Assembly (NCBI GenBank): GCA_973895155.1
Contig: OZ316892.1
Coordinates: 25,567,233-25,631,232 of the forward strand
DNA length: 64,000 nucleotides
DNA from: Marsupella aquatica
Taxonomy: Eukaryota; Plantae; Marchantiophyta
Reading direction: 5' to 3'
Shown: in pieces, positions 26,101 to 36,888 of the stretch
Layout of the letters: each line of letters begins with the position of its first letter
Numbering within the stretch: position 1 is the stretch's first letter
The notes under the pieces: generated by a model
Told to the model about the DNA's origin: nothing
Seen by the model: the letters and a program-made list of their open reading frames with translations, nothing else
The model's database searches: none
Translations under genes and position numbers: made by a program

Positions 26101-27286
26101 TTGTCTCCTCTTGCCCATTGTAATTAACTTCCCTAATTTTGCTCTGGCTTAGACTTCAGAGGACTCTCCAATCTTTATAAATTGAGTGTTTTGAAATCGT
26201 GGAGAAATGGATGAAAAGTACATTCTGGGCGAGAGTTTCGCCCACATCAACATTCAGATGTGAGGGAAACTAATCAAAATTTACCGCGTGCCACTTCATT
26301 CTTCATGGTTACGTATGAGATGGAATTTGATTGGCATTCATTCATACCTGTAACATTCAAGATTCGGTTGAGACCCAGCCATGCAAGTTGTCCTAAGCTT
26401 GATAAGAAATTAAGAGCAGCAGCGTCATCACGCACCAGCTGTGCTTCGCAATTGCAGCATAATTGTGTTCACGAAAGGAAGTCATAGGACAAATCATACG
26501 CAGCATCGCCATGCTTAAGCTGTGCTTAGCAACTGCAACACAAGCATATTCGCAAAATGTAAATTATCGGAGATTTGAGGCTGTGTGCAATCGTGGCAGA
26601 CATTTATGAAAGGTTGTAAGTAATTCAAAGAATTGAAGAACAGAATTCCTTTAAGAATACTGAGCGAGTCTACTCTGTGCTCTTGCAGGAGCATCAAGCC
26701 TGCTGTAGCCATTCCACCGTCAGCCTCGTGTATGAGTGAGGGAGTCCACAAGAGGACCGTCTTGGAAGTTCATGAAGCCTGTGCTCTGACGTCGATCATG
26801 CTGACCGAAGCAGACATCATTGCCACTACGCCCCAAAGGTCATTCGCACATCAGTTGTCTGTCGCCTTCCCATTCGTTCCTTCGATTTGATTTCTTTACA
26901 GCTTTGCTTTGACCTACTCTACTCATTTCGTCCCATTTTGAGCAGCCCCTGGGTGTAACTTTTTCTCCGGATTTGCGGCTGTCATTTCGTGAAGTCAGTG
27001 TACTCTGGCCTTCGTGGGCCCACACAATCGTTCAAGATGGTCATGGAGATCACCACGAGTCAGCGTCTGAGAGGGAATATATAGGTCCTGGAGATGTCTT
27101 CTCTGGCACCAGCGCAACCTGCCGAGAGATCGTTTCAGCTGATTGACTGATTATGGAGATTGTTTTCAAGCCAAGCGACTAGTGATGGAGATCACATTCC
27201 ATCGACAGAATTGTAGTTAGTGAGAGATCATCTCACATCCATTGCCAATAAGTTGTTGCTGCGCCATCTGACCATCTTTGTTGTTG

Positions 27287-29281
27287 ATGGCCAGAGCGAG
27301 CGCTCCAGCGATGGAGAAGGCCCGCTTCATCTGGCCGCTACACTTGTCTATCTTTGGTATTGTGATTGCAGCAAAATGTGTTCTTACGGACATGACCATC
27401 GTGACCTGTCCACCAGTGTGTCCTGGTCAGGACGGGAGCAGTAGCATTGGGACAGCCAGCGAGATCTTCACGGAGAGTGACGATTCCCACAACCTCTATG
27501 GCGCCGCTGGCACGCGCAAATGCACTTCCACAGAGCATTTAGAACCGGACAGTACTGAGGGAGTGAGCGAAATTTTGGGCAAGCTCAATAACAATGCAGG
27601 CGGCGGTGTTGGCAGACAGTCTCTCAAGATAAGGGCGTCGCGCCGGGACTTCCACACCCCCAATGGTTTCGTGTGTCCGGGTCAGACATATGACGCAAAA
27701 TTGGCCAAGGGTCAAACCGACTATCTCAATTCCATCGATTCCTCGACTCATTCTGTCACCCTGCTTCTGCATCGAATGAACTCCATTGTGGAAGTGGATC
27801 ACGCGCGCCATCGATTGACAGTCGAGGCAGGCATGACTCTGCAGAACCTCGCGGACGCAGCCCTGAAGAACGGGATGTCGATTCCTGTGGGAGTCCTCCC
27901 CGTCTATGGCAACCTCACAGTAGGCGGGGTGCTCGCCACATCGGCCCATGGAACTGGGGCAGGCGTGGACAGCTCGCTGGGAGACATCGTCACCATGGTC
28001 AAGTGGGTGAACGGGCAGGGAAAGATCACCACGAGCGATATCGCCGATGAGAAGGGGCGCTTAGAAATTCGGGGTCTGCTTGGGGGAATCGGATTGTTGG
28101 GGGTCCTGTGCGAGGTGACTTTCCGATTGCTGCCTGCGGGAGCGTTGGCCCAGGTGGAGATTTGGACCAAGGAAGACTCGACCATTGCCGCCGATGTCAA
28201 GCACCAATTGCAAGCACAGACCCCTCACATCCTCTACTTCTGGAGACCTGATTTGGGCTACTACCGAGCTCTTTTCTACAAACCTCTCGAATCCGGCGAT
28301 GTGCCGGTGCATCCCTACTATCCTCGGGGAAAGGCGGCCATGATGTTGCCGCCCCCCGAAAGCGTTGCGCAACAGTATTGGGAAAACTTGGCTGTCTTCC
28401 AAGCAGATATTGACGATTCCGGTCCGGGTGCAGACTTGCTCAATGCAGCGATTTGTGAAATGTCGGAAGGATTGAAGTACCTTCCCATATTTGTGGATGG
28501 GGAGGGCGCAATTGTTTCAAACGCTACCATTCCAGCCTCGTACGCGATGATTTCAGGGGAGTGCGAGCCGACTTGCCTGTGGAGTAGACAGTACTTTGGG
28601 GCCACCACGGAGGACAGCGAGTGGGCGATCAGGCTCAGCGATCTGGATGAGTGGATAAAGGATGTGAAGGCGGTCGTCAAGGGGGAGGAAGAGGAGAGAC
28701 AGAAGCAGCTGGACAGGCGGTATGGGAAAGGCAAAGTCCGAGCCTGTATGACGCCAGGATTCTTCTGGATTCGATTTGGGAAGCCCAACGACAATCTGCT
28801 GGCTGTCAGCACGGGTATGGATGAGCCTGTGGTGTACGCCATGATGTTGTTTTATACATCGGTTCTGGTTCCCAATGCTCCTCCGAAGCACGATCACATC
28901 ACGCAGGTCATCGAGCAGCTGAGTGTCTGCAAGTATGGAGCCAGAGCGCATTATGGTAAGAACTTTGATCGCCAGTTTACGAATGAGCACTGTCCATTGC
29001 TTGACAATTTCCCGAAGCAAAATCTCTTGGAGATGAGGAAGCTGCAAGACGAGCATGATCCTTTCAGGGTGTTCGAGTCTGAGCTGTTGGGTCGAATGCT
29101 CGAGAATCGTGGTCCCGACTATGAAGACAAGTGTTCTCTGACGCACAAATGCTACTGTAAAGAGGACTCCCATTGTGCCGACGGATTCAAGTGTCAGCCA
29201 TCGGTGGTTTTCCCTGAATACAAAGTCTGTAAAGTGCAGTTTTCATACGAAGAGACCGAACTAGCGAAAGATGAACTGTGA
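27287..29281 (+). CDS. L-gulonolactone oxidase-like (GULLO/aldonolactone oxidoreductase family) FAD protein, single exon, C-terminal KDEL
   Basis: Signal-peptide-like hydrophobic N-terminus. FAD_binding_4-type motifs (TVEAGMTL, LTVGGVLATSAHGTG, GGIGLLGVLCEVT). ALO-type ARAHYGKN..HDPFRVF. Plant GULLO Cys-rich tail (CYCKEDSHC..FKC..VCK). Start may instead be the ATG at 27311. Confidence 0.85.
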   Translation: MARASAPAMEKARFIWPLHLSIFGIVIAAKCVLTDMTIVTCPPVCPGQDGSSSIGTASEIFTESDDSHNLYGAAGTRKCTSTEHLEPDSTEGVSEILGKLNNNAGGGVGRQSLKIRASRRDFHTPNGFVCPGQTYDAKLAKGQTDYLNSIDSSTHSVTLLLHRMNSIVEVDHARHRLTVEAGMTLQNLADAALKNGMSIPVGVLPVYGNLTVGGVLATSAHGTGAGVDSSLGDIVTMVKWVNGQGKITTSDIADEKGRLEIRGLLGGIGLLGVLCEVTFRLLPAGALAQVEIWTKEDSTIAADVKHQLQAQTPHILYFWRPDLGYYRALFYKPLESGDVPVHPYYPRGKAAMMLPPPESVAQQYWENLAVFQADIDDSGPGADLLNAAICEMSEGLKYLPIFVDGEGAIVSNATIPASYAMISGECEPTCLWSRQYFGATTEDSEWAIRLSDLDEWIKDVKAVVKGEEEERQKQLDRRYGKGKVRACMTPGFFWIRFGKPNDNLLAVSTGMDEPVVYAMMLFYTSVLVPNAPPKHDHITQVIEQLSVCKYGARAHYGKNFDRQFTNEHCPLLDNFPKQNLLEMRKLQDEHDPFRVFESELLGRMLENRGPDYEDKCSLTHKCYCKEDSHCADGFKCQPSVVFPEYKVCKVQFSYEETELAKDEL

Positions 29282-30077
29282 GCTCGCTGGTCCCAAATTG
29301 AACGAGGAGACTCTGGCCATGGTTTATTTGGTCTGGCACGATTTCACGATTAACCCCGGCCAACTACTATCCCATTCAGTACATAACATCCTCGTGTCTT
29401 TGAATGGGTGAATAACAGAGCACTGTTGAACAAGGATTCTTTCATGTTCACTCAGATGGGTGTGTGTTATCGTCAAGAAGCAAATTTCATATCATCAACC
29501 ATGGTGACAGAGTCCCTGCTCTTCTTCTTGTACTAGTTTCTCCTGTGCGCAATGTCTTCAACCAATGAGTTGAAGATTCAATGGACATCGTCTTCGACGA
29601 CCATTGAGTGGAAGATTCAATTCCTAGGATGAACAACCTGTAGTCATCTTTTCTCTAGAAAAACCCTGTAGGTGAGAGCAATTGACGGGCACTAGTAATT
29701 CAACGTTTTCATACTTTTGTGGCCACACTGTTAGCAAGAGGTCATACTGTCACTGGACAAAGTCTCGCACACAATATAAATGAGACAAGGGACCCCTGAG
29801 AAGCATTAACGCAAGTGAAACCTACAATCTCAGGAAGACATCTATGCAAATTAGGATCCAAATATATACATATATATGTCCCTTGGCAATGGGCTAAAGA
29901 ATTGGCAAGAAAATTTTGGACTCATAATCAGAATGCCGTGATGGAGATATCTCAAACATATATGTACGTCATTGGAAAATTTTGGGAAAATTTTGGGTGG
30001 ATGATGCTGTTCCCATCAAAACTATAGATTTTTTGTTCACAGCTAATATTTAAATAAAAGGGGAAATTTTCACTACA

Positions 30078-30256
30078 ATGCTATTTTATGTTTTTGTGGT
30101 CCTAGCTGTAGTGTCAGGCACTATGGTGCACATGAAAAATCCAGTTCATTCTGTTTCATTTTCAATCCTAGTTTTTCAAAATGCTTTTGGTTTACTCTTT
30201 AGGTCTTGATTTCTTTGCTATGATGTTCCTAGTGGTCTATGTAGGGGCTATTGCCA
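30078..30256 (+). pseudogene. nad6: NUMT fragment: mitochondrial nad6 5' end, degraded
   Basis: Translates approximately to MLFYVFVVLAVVSGTMV..KNPVHSV..ILVF..GLDFFAMMFLVVYVGAIA with indels, matching the plant mitochondrial Nad6 N-terminus. Confidence 0.8.
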
Positions 30257-30424
30257 TAGATGGTTATTTAGGTGTGGTTGCACACTTCAGTCATGTAGAT
30301 CTGTAGTCTTGACACTTCTAGTAGGTCATATGCAGTAAAATACACTTATTCAATTATTCCCCACACTTCATGTCTACCAGTTGTCTGAAGTGCATGGTGA
30401 AGTAAGAGCATCCCCTCGGCTGGG

Positions 30425-30543
30425 CATTGGGACTAAGACACAGCCCAGACTCTCAGGGGAGGCTGTAGTGGGGAATCTTGAACAATGGGGGAAAGCCTGA
30501 TCCAGCAATATGGTGTGAGTGAAGAAGGGCAATGCAGCTTGTC
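30425..30543 (+). pseudogene. rrn18: NUMT fragment: mitochondrial small-subunit rRNA (rrn18)
   Basis: tgggactaagacacagcccagactc..gtggggaatcttgaacaatgggggaaagcctgatccagcaatat..gtgagtgaagaagggcaatgc.gcttgt resembles the conserved SSU region, with the plant-mitochondrial-type tail gaagaagggcaatgccgcttgt. Confidence 0.75.
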
Positions 30544-30544
30544 C

Positions 30545-30703
30545 ATAGCTAATTTTGGTACTAATAATACCTCCGGGTTTTGAAGCACATAGCGAAGATT
30601 CCTTTCCATAATCCAATCCTTTGATTCTCACTTCAACAAACTTAAATCCAAGTTGAATTACAGCTCGCACAGCATTTTCTGCGGTTGCTACTAATGGAGT
30701 CAA
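30545..30703 (-). pseudogene. rps11: NUMT fragment: mitochondrial rps11
   Basis: ATAENAVRAVIQLGFKFVEVRIKGLDYGKESSL...GGIISTKI matches the S11 core (..VEVRIKGLGYGKESSLR..GG.IITKI). Confidence 0.75.
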
Positions 30704-31429
30704 CTTTCTAAATACAGGTTCTCAGAAATGTTTCATAAACTGACACTCTTTTAAGGTAATTGTATTTAGAAAGCAGAATTGCAAAAATGAATAACAGATT
30801 CTGCGGTTGCCACTAATGTATAAGCACTAGTAGGTACTAAAGGATAATCTGTTAATATACCTAAAAACTATTCTTCTACAATTTCTAATGCTTTCCAATG
30901 ACAAATATATCACTGGGAATAATCATGATATGGGCATTATTATACTCCTCTTCATCATTTTGATGCTCATTACTATACCCAATTGTAGATGCATAACTCC
31001 TAGTAATTCTAACAGGCAGCACCCACCAGAGAGGTGGGCGGCCATGAACCTCTTGCTTCTCTGAGCAGGATAGTGGGGAAAGCAATTAACACATACTATT
31101 TGTTAGTTTTTGACTTTATTTTTTGCTTTCCCTCAATTATTAATACATCTGTCATAAAGAAATGAATCATATGGAATTAGGCCCTAGTACTATAATAGGG
31201 ATAACTTTAGTAATCTTAGGCATATTTTCATATGCCTTAAAACAAAGGGAACGTTATGTTTCTAGAGGTGTGATTTTTTAACCTAATTTAAATGGGATTT
31301 CAACATATTTATAACATCTCATCAATGTGAAGCCTGAACAAAAATAGTCTTTCAATTTGATCAATATGTATGGACCATTTCAAAATTATTACACCATTTC
31401 AAAATGTTTAAATTTTTGAAGCTGCTATA

Positions 31430-32105
31430 TGGTGAATCCAACTCTCATGTTTTGTCTTCTCATGTTTTGTCTTATTCATATTTGTGTATCATGAATTTTT
31501 ATTTGAATGTACCTTAACAAGGGGCATCCTTTGTATCACATAGACTTTTAATTCATTTTTGGACCCCTTTAAATTTTTGGTATTCTATAGTGTTTTGAAT
31601 TTATTTTGGCAGCCCCCTTAATTTGTATAATTTGCAAACTTTGTTAAGTCCTAGAGAGAAACTAAGAGTTTCATTTTCTACCGCTTTTAAGTTCATGAGT
31701 GAGAGGAATGATTCTAAGAAATGTCAGCATATCCTGTCTTAAGCTCTCCTTGTGGCTTTCTTTCCTAAGTTTATGGTTTTTATTGAATAAAAATCATTAA
31801 TAAGACACACTGAAATACGTGCACAACTTTGTGTAATAAAATTGTACTTTCCATTGGTCACTATGTGCTTTTATTGCATGTGCTTTATTTATATTATTTG
31901 TGTGCACAACTCGTAGCAACTTTGTGTAATAAAATTGTATTTTCCATTGGTCACTATGTGCTTTTATTACATGTATTTTATTTATATTATTTGATTTCAT
32001 TCACATTTAATATGTATTCTAGTCTTACTCTTTAATTTTGTCCACTTAATATCACTACAAGACAAAAAGTAAAGCATGTTCCAGGATGAGCATGCTATAT
32101 CACCA
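31430..32105 (+). mobile_element. AT-rich dispersed repeat, copy 1 (possible non-autonomous Helitron-like element; includes an internal ~96-bp duplication at 31820-31990)
   Basis: Collinear similarity to the reverse complement of 55130-55580 (ggtgaat.caact..gttttgtctt; taacaagg.g.atcctttgtat; tttggacccctttaaattt; cacta.aagacaa..catgttccaggatga.catgctata). Ends in a hairpin. Confidence 0.55.
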
Positions 32106-33404
32106 CTGTACAAAAAAAACTGTCACTGGTTTTCTCCTCTGGCAAACAATCGATTGTAGTCTTATGCTTTACCAGTCTCATGGTTCATTTTCTTTTTGTC
32201 CTTTGAAACCTAAAGCTGACCTATCCAAGGATAAACAATCAACTTCGGAGAGCATGCACCTCTGGTAGCCCACAAGGGTCATACCGAGAACCATGGTTCA
32301 TTTTTGGTTCACCCTGAACTCTAATTCTTGGCGTTCTAGAAGGTAGTGAATAGTAGTGAGATGTTTCACGAGCATCAATGTGAAATGATTGCTCACTCCA
32401 TTGACTGTGAGACAATCGAACTCCCCACAATTATCTCAATCAAGAACAAATTGCTATCGGCTACCCAAGCAAGCAAAAAAGTTGAAAGAGCAAAATCAAC
32501 TCAAGAAGTCGATTGTAACGAGAAAGCTTCAAGCGAGTTAGCGCATCTATTGCATCCGAAGTCCAATTCACACACTCCTCCACTGAACTTGAGTCGCTGG
32601 GAAAATCTAGCTCGACTGTTAGTGCCCATTACAGTGCACAGGTTTTCACACCACTATGAACGAGCAACCCTGTCGTTCACTTTCAGCGGATTGCAGACTT
32701 CTCGTGCATCGCAGACTCGGCCGAAATACAGGCTCGTCGCCCTGTAGGTGCCCAGGGTGTACCTCAACACGCACTGAATCTGGTATTCTGTTGAAAATCG
32801 TACCAGACAAGCTCCTTGATCACAAACTTTACAGAAGCGGTCTTGCTGTTCGAGGAGGGAAATTCGGAATCTGGGGCGAAGCTGAGATGTGCTGACCACG
32901 TAGAGTAATTTTGGTTCTGGGTAAATTAAAGAACCCTGGTGCAACGAGATTCAAACTTTGACAAACAGACATGATTCGTGAACTGCCATGAAATCGATTG
33001 GTTGCTGTATCTTCTAGGGCCTCACTTTGATCTTAGCTACCTTATCCAAAGTGAACACTAAAAGAACCCGAATGAGTTGGTTGGCTCACCGGAATCTTAT
33101 CCAATCACAGACAATTCAAACTGTGTTGACATAATATGCGTTGTGTAAGCACATATATTATCAACACCATAGGCTCGTGCAGAATAATGGATACGTGTTG
33201 TGCAAGTAAGGGAATGGATACTTAAAAACAATATAACGAAGGGAATTGTGTGCCCTTAGTGCGGTTCTGATTATTCGTAAACACCCTACAAAGCAAATTT
33301 GACAGCCCACAGACTACTCAGTTTCAAATCGTTAGCTTTTATCAAACCCTACCAAATTTCTTTGCTTCCCCATCTGATTTCTGCAGAGCGAATTGGCGAG
33401 AAGA

Positions 33405-35166
33405 ATGAACATAGTGTGTGGCGGTGCCGGCGCGTTAGTGGCAGATAGATCGATGAGATTGCTGCAACTAGGTACTTCTACTTCGTTGCAGTTGAATCAG
33501 ATGGTACCAGCAGTCAGTTGCCGTCAGCCTTGGAGTCGTCCAAGTGCACGAGCATCAGCTATGGAGTATGAAGCACAATTAATCACTCTGCCGGTGGATG
33601 ATCAGGTGCCCATTGTGGATTTGGCGGAGCTCAGATGTGGTAGCCTTGACCACTCGACACACCGAGTTGCCGCAGCTTGCCGAGACTGGGGTTTCTTCCA
33701 GGTTTGTCATTCCCATCGTCTGTCCATCCCTCTCAAATTTGCTGTGGAAGCATTGCCCGGGCCCGTCTTCTGTGACCTTTAGCCTTTTCCTACAAGGTGA
33801 AATTAGGGGGACAGAAAATCGAGGGCTTTTCTGAATGTAGACTCTCTCTGGAAGATTGATCGCTAATCCTCTGTTTCGATCTTTTGAGAAAGAAAATGGA
33901 CGGGTATGTTTGGCGGTTGAAGGTAAGGATGCTTTCCCCATGTGCCGCCTCCTCTCCTACCCTAGTCTATGGTTAGAGCTGTTTATTCGAGACACTGAAT
34001 GGGCAATTGCTTCTGATTTCTCTGAATCCTCAGGTTGTCAACCACGGAGTGTCCATGGAGTTTCTCCAGAGGCTCCGCAAGCAATGTTTCGATATGTTTT
34101 CTCTACCTCCGGAGCAAAAAGACAAGATTTCTAGAAGTAGGCAAGGTTCAGGATGGGGCTATGACTTCAGACCAGATCATGGGCCGATGGAGGTGTTACA
34201 ATTAAATCCCTGGGATACCCGCCAAGTCCTCACCTATGCCAACGAATTGTTCCCCAATTCCAGCGAAGATTTCATGTAATCCGCTCTCCCTCAGCTATCC
34301 TCAGTTATTTTGATAATTTCCCCTTTTAAGAAATTACGATGTTTCAATGGCAACACTAGAGCGCCTACGCTTCAAGCAATGCTTACTTTAATGGTCTGCG
34401 ATGACAGAGCTGTATGCGAAGAAGCAAACTTGATGTTTCGCACTCTGGCTATGGAGATTCTGGACCTCTTGATACAGGGTCTGGGAGTGGATGCAAAACA
34501 TTTTCAGGCGCACAAAATTGAGTCTCAGGGGGTCCTGCGTGCCAATTACTATCACCAGTCGAAAGCACCAGATCAAGTGCTTGGCCTAAAGCCACACGTC
34601 GATGGGAACCTCTTCACAATCTTACATCAACAGGATGTCACTGGTCTGGAAGTACTCAAGGATGGAAGATGGATTCCCATCACCCCACGAAGCGATGCGT
34701 TCTGCATCAACGTTGCTGATATCATGCAGGTGGGTTGGCTCACAGATGTCACTTCTGTGGGAATCCTGCATTTCTCATTCTCATTGATGCAATTCTCGTG
34801 GACCAGTCTCTACTACGGTCTGTAGAGTAGACAAATAACATTTCTACAGAATTTTCTAAAGTCCACTCTGTTACTCACAAACGCCGGCCAAGAAGTTGTG
34901 GCCTGCAGGTTCTCTCGAATGGCATATACAGGAGCGTCCAACACCGAGCAGTGGCACCCAAGACACAAGCTCGTCTGTCCCTCGCATACTTCTTCACCCC
35001 TGCAAACGGTGTCACTCTAATTCCGGCTCCAGAGCTAGTAGACGAGGTGCACCCACCTCTGTATCGACCATTCTCTTGGGCGGACTTTGTGGAGGCAGCC
35101 AAAGTTCCAGGCCGACCCTATCCAAGCGTTCTCCCTTTCTTTGAACAAGGGCACGCAGAATCATGA
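33405..35166 (+). CDS. 2-oxoglutarate/Fe(II)-dependent dioxygenase (DOXC class); exons ~33405-33701, 34034-34275, 34408-34729, 34909-35166
   Basis: VPIVDL..AACRDWGFFQ|VVNHGV; LRANYY; HxD (KPHVD); distal His (SVQHRAV); RxS (RLSLAYF). GT-AG junctions are phase-compatible. The start ATG is uncertain (33405, 33453, 33501 or 33561). Confidence 0.9.
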
Positions 35167-36888
35167 GTTTGAGTTGATTCTCAAGCAATTTTGCGGACTG
35201 CAGGCTGCGCTCAACCCATAGCTCACTGCGGCATATTCAAAAGATGATTTCTCAGCAATAGAAAATGCATAGGAGAGAACAGGTGTGTAACATAAAGCCC
35301 GAAGGTGTTTTTTATGTATATAGGAAAACTCCCTAGAAAGAGAGATTGACTTACGACACTGAGTCCTGTACGTCAGAAATGCTCTAAATTGAGTTGCAAA
35401 ACGACCATCATTTAAGTCAATGTTGCAACGAAATGAGTGCATTTGCACTATTAGATTGGCCACTGAAGGTAGAGAAGTCTTCACCACATGTCAATTGCTG
35501 GAGTGGCAGTGTCAGGCCAAGTTTGCTCGTCTGCACACGAAACATGTGCAAGCCGTCATTTGGGAAAAAATTAGCTGACAAGATTTACGCCTAGAATAAC
35601 CAAAATAACTCATGAGAACTCATCTTGCTAAACTCTTTCCCGGACCTCAGAATGATCAAGTTGAGATCCGGCTCCCAGAAACGTGATGGAGGACTTGTCA
35701 AATGTTTTACAGTAGTTTCTAGGGATTGGCGTTACTTAGTTCCAAGGGAAAGCTTCCCTGATCACTTGTGAAAACTCCTGAGCTAGTAAGGGCTCTACCA
35801 TGACTTCCAATGCTTCTGTCAGTCCGTCCGGGACAATAATAGGTCACCGCGAAATATACTGTGTCGCAAGGGAAATTAAGGAGATTTCATGGAGGAATGA
35901 CCAGCGACAACAGGGAAACAAATTCGGGACTGGAAACTATCCTGATTCCTTTAGCTGTTTAGTTGGCGGTACAAAGCCAGGAGTCCGAAAGGAGGGAGGG
36001 GAGCCTAGGTTGCAACTTAGCAGGTTGAATGTGAATGAGTTGATTGCTTAATTTTCACATGTGGTTCTTTCTTCAAGCTGTTGTTCTTTTCACTGCTGAA
36101 ATAGTTTCGTGAATTGACATCTCTCTACAGAGACAATCGTCTGCTGACCAGTGCAACGTTTTGATAGATCGATCCTTGGCTTCATTAAAGTGGTTAAGTC
36201 ATCGTTGTTTCTATTTGAAAATTGTGCTGCAATTTCATGAATAGCAAATTAGAAGTTGCACTTTTCTAGAGAAGCATTCTCTCTGGACGAACGGTCACAA
36301 TTGAGCATAAAAAGATAATTCTGCAAGTGCATTCGTTTAATTGCATAAGAAATGAAATGCGCCTCAAGTTGAGGATTCTTAATGGAGGATGTCTTTCATT
36401 CAACAGAAACTTTACTACAAGCTAGGGCTAAGGACTGTCACCCAAGAAACCATTTCATACAACAGAAACTAAAGACAAGAGATGAGGACTGTCAACCGAG
36501 AATGTTTAGCATATGAGTGGGATTGGAGTATCCAAATATTGTGCTAAACTGTAATATCACCAAATCAATCTAAAATCTGAATAATACTCTCAATGCGCAG
36601 TCAGAATGTGAAAACACGTTTGTACTCTGTGAATGGTGTGGACATAGTAATGTTCATCGATTCTGAAGATTTTGTGTTTGTTTACTTCTACATCAAAATC
36701 AACAGACGAGGACCCTCTCGTCACCCTGTCCTGGCAGAACTGCAATGTTTAATTTAGGGATCTCCAACAAGCATGATTACTGGGAGGGGTGAACCTTAGA
36801 TAGACTGTTAGGTCATAAGAAGCACCATTACTTCTAATCTACTTTCTAAAATATAGTTTGTATTACTCTAATAGTTCTTGCACAATTA

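Noticed and set aside
30425-30543. Functional rRNA gene or bacterial 16S contamination
   Set aside because: Only ~120 bp, mutated at conserved sites, of plant-mitochondrial type and flanked by nad6 and rps11 fragments, so it is a NUMT.
27287-35166. GULLO + 2OG dioxygenase as a metabolic gene cluster (ascorbate supply for the dioxygenase)
   Set aside because: Only two enzymes, no scaffold-forming gene, and apparently different predicted compartments. Adjacency alone is not evidence.
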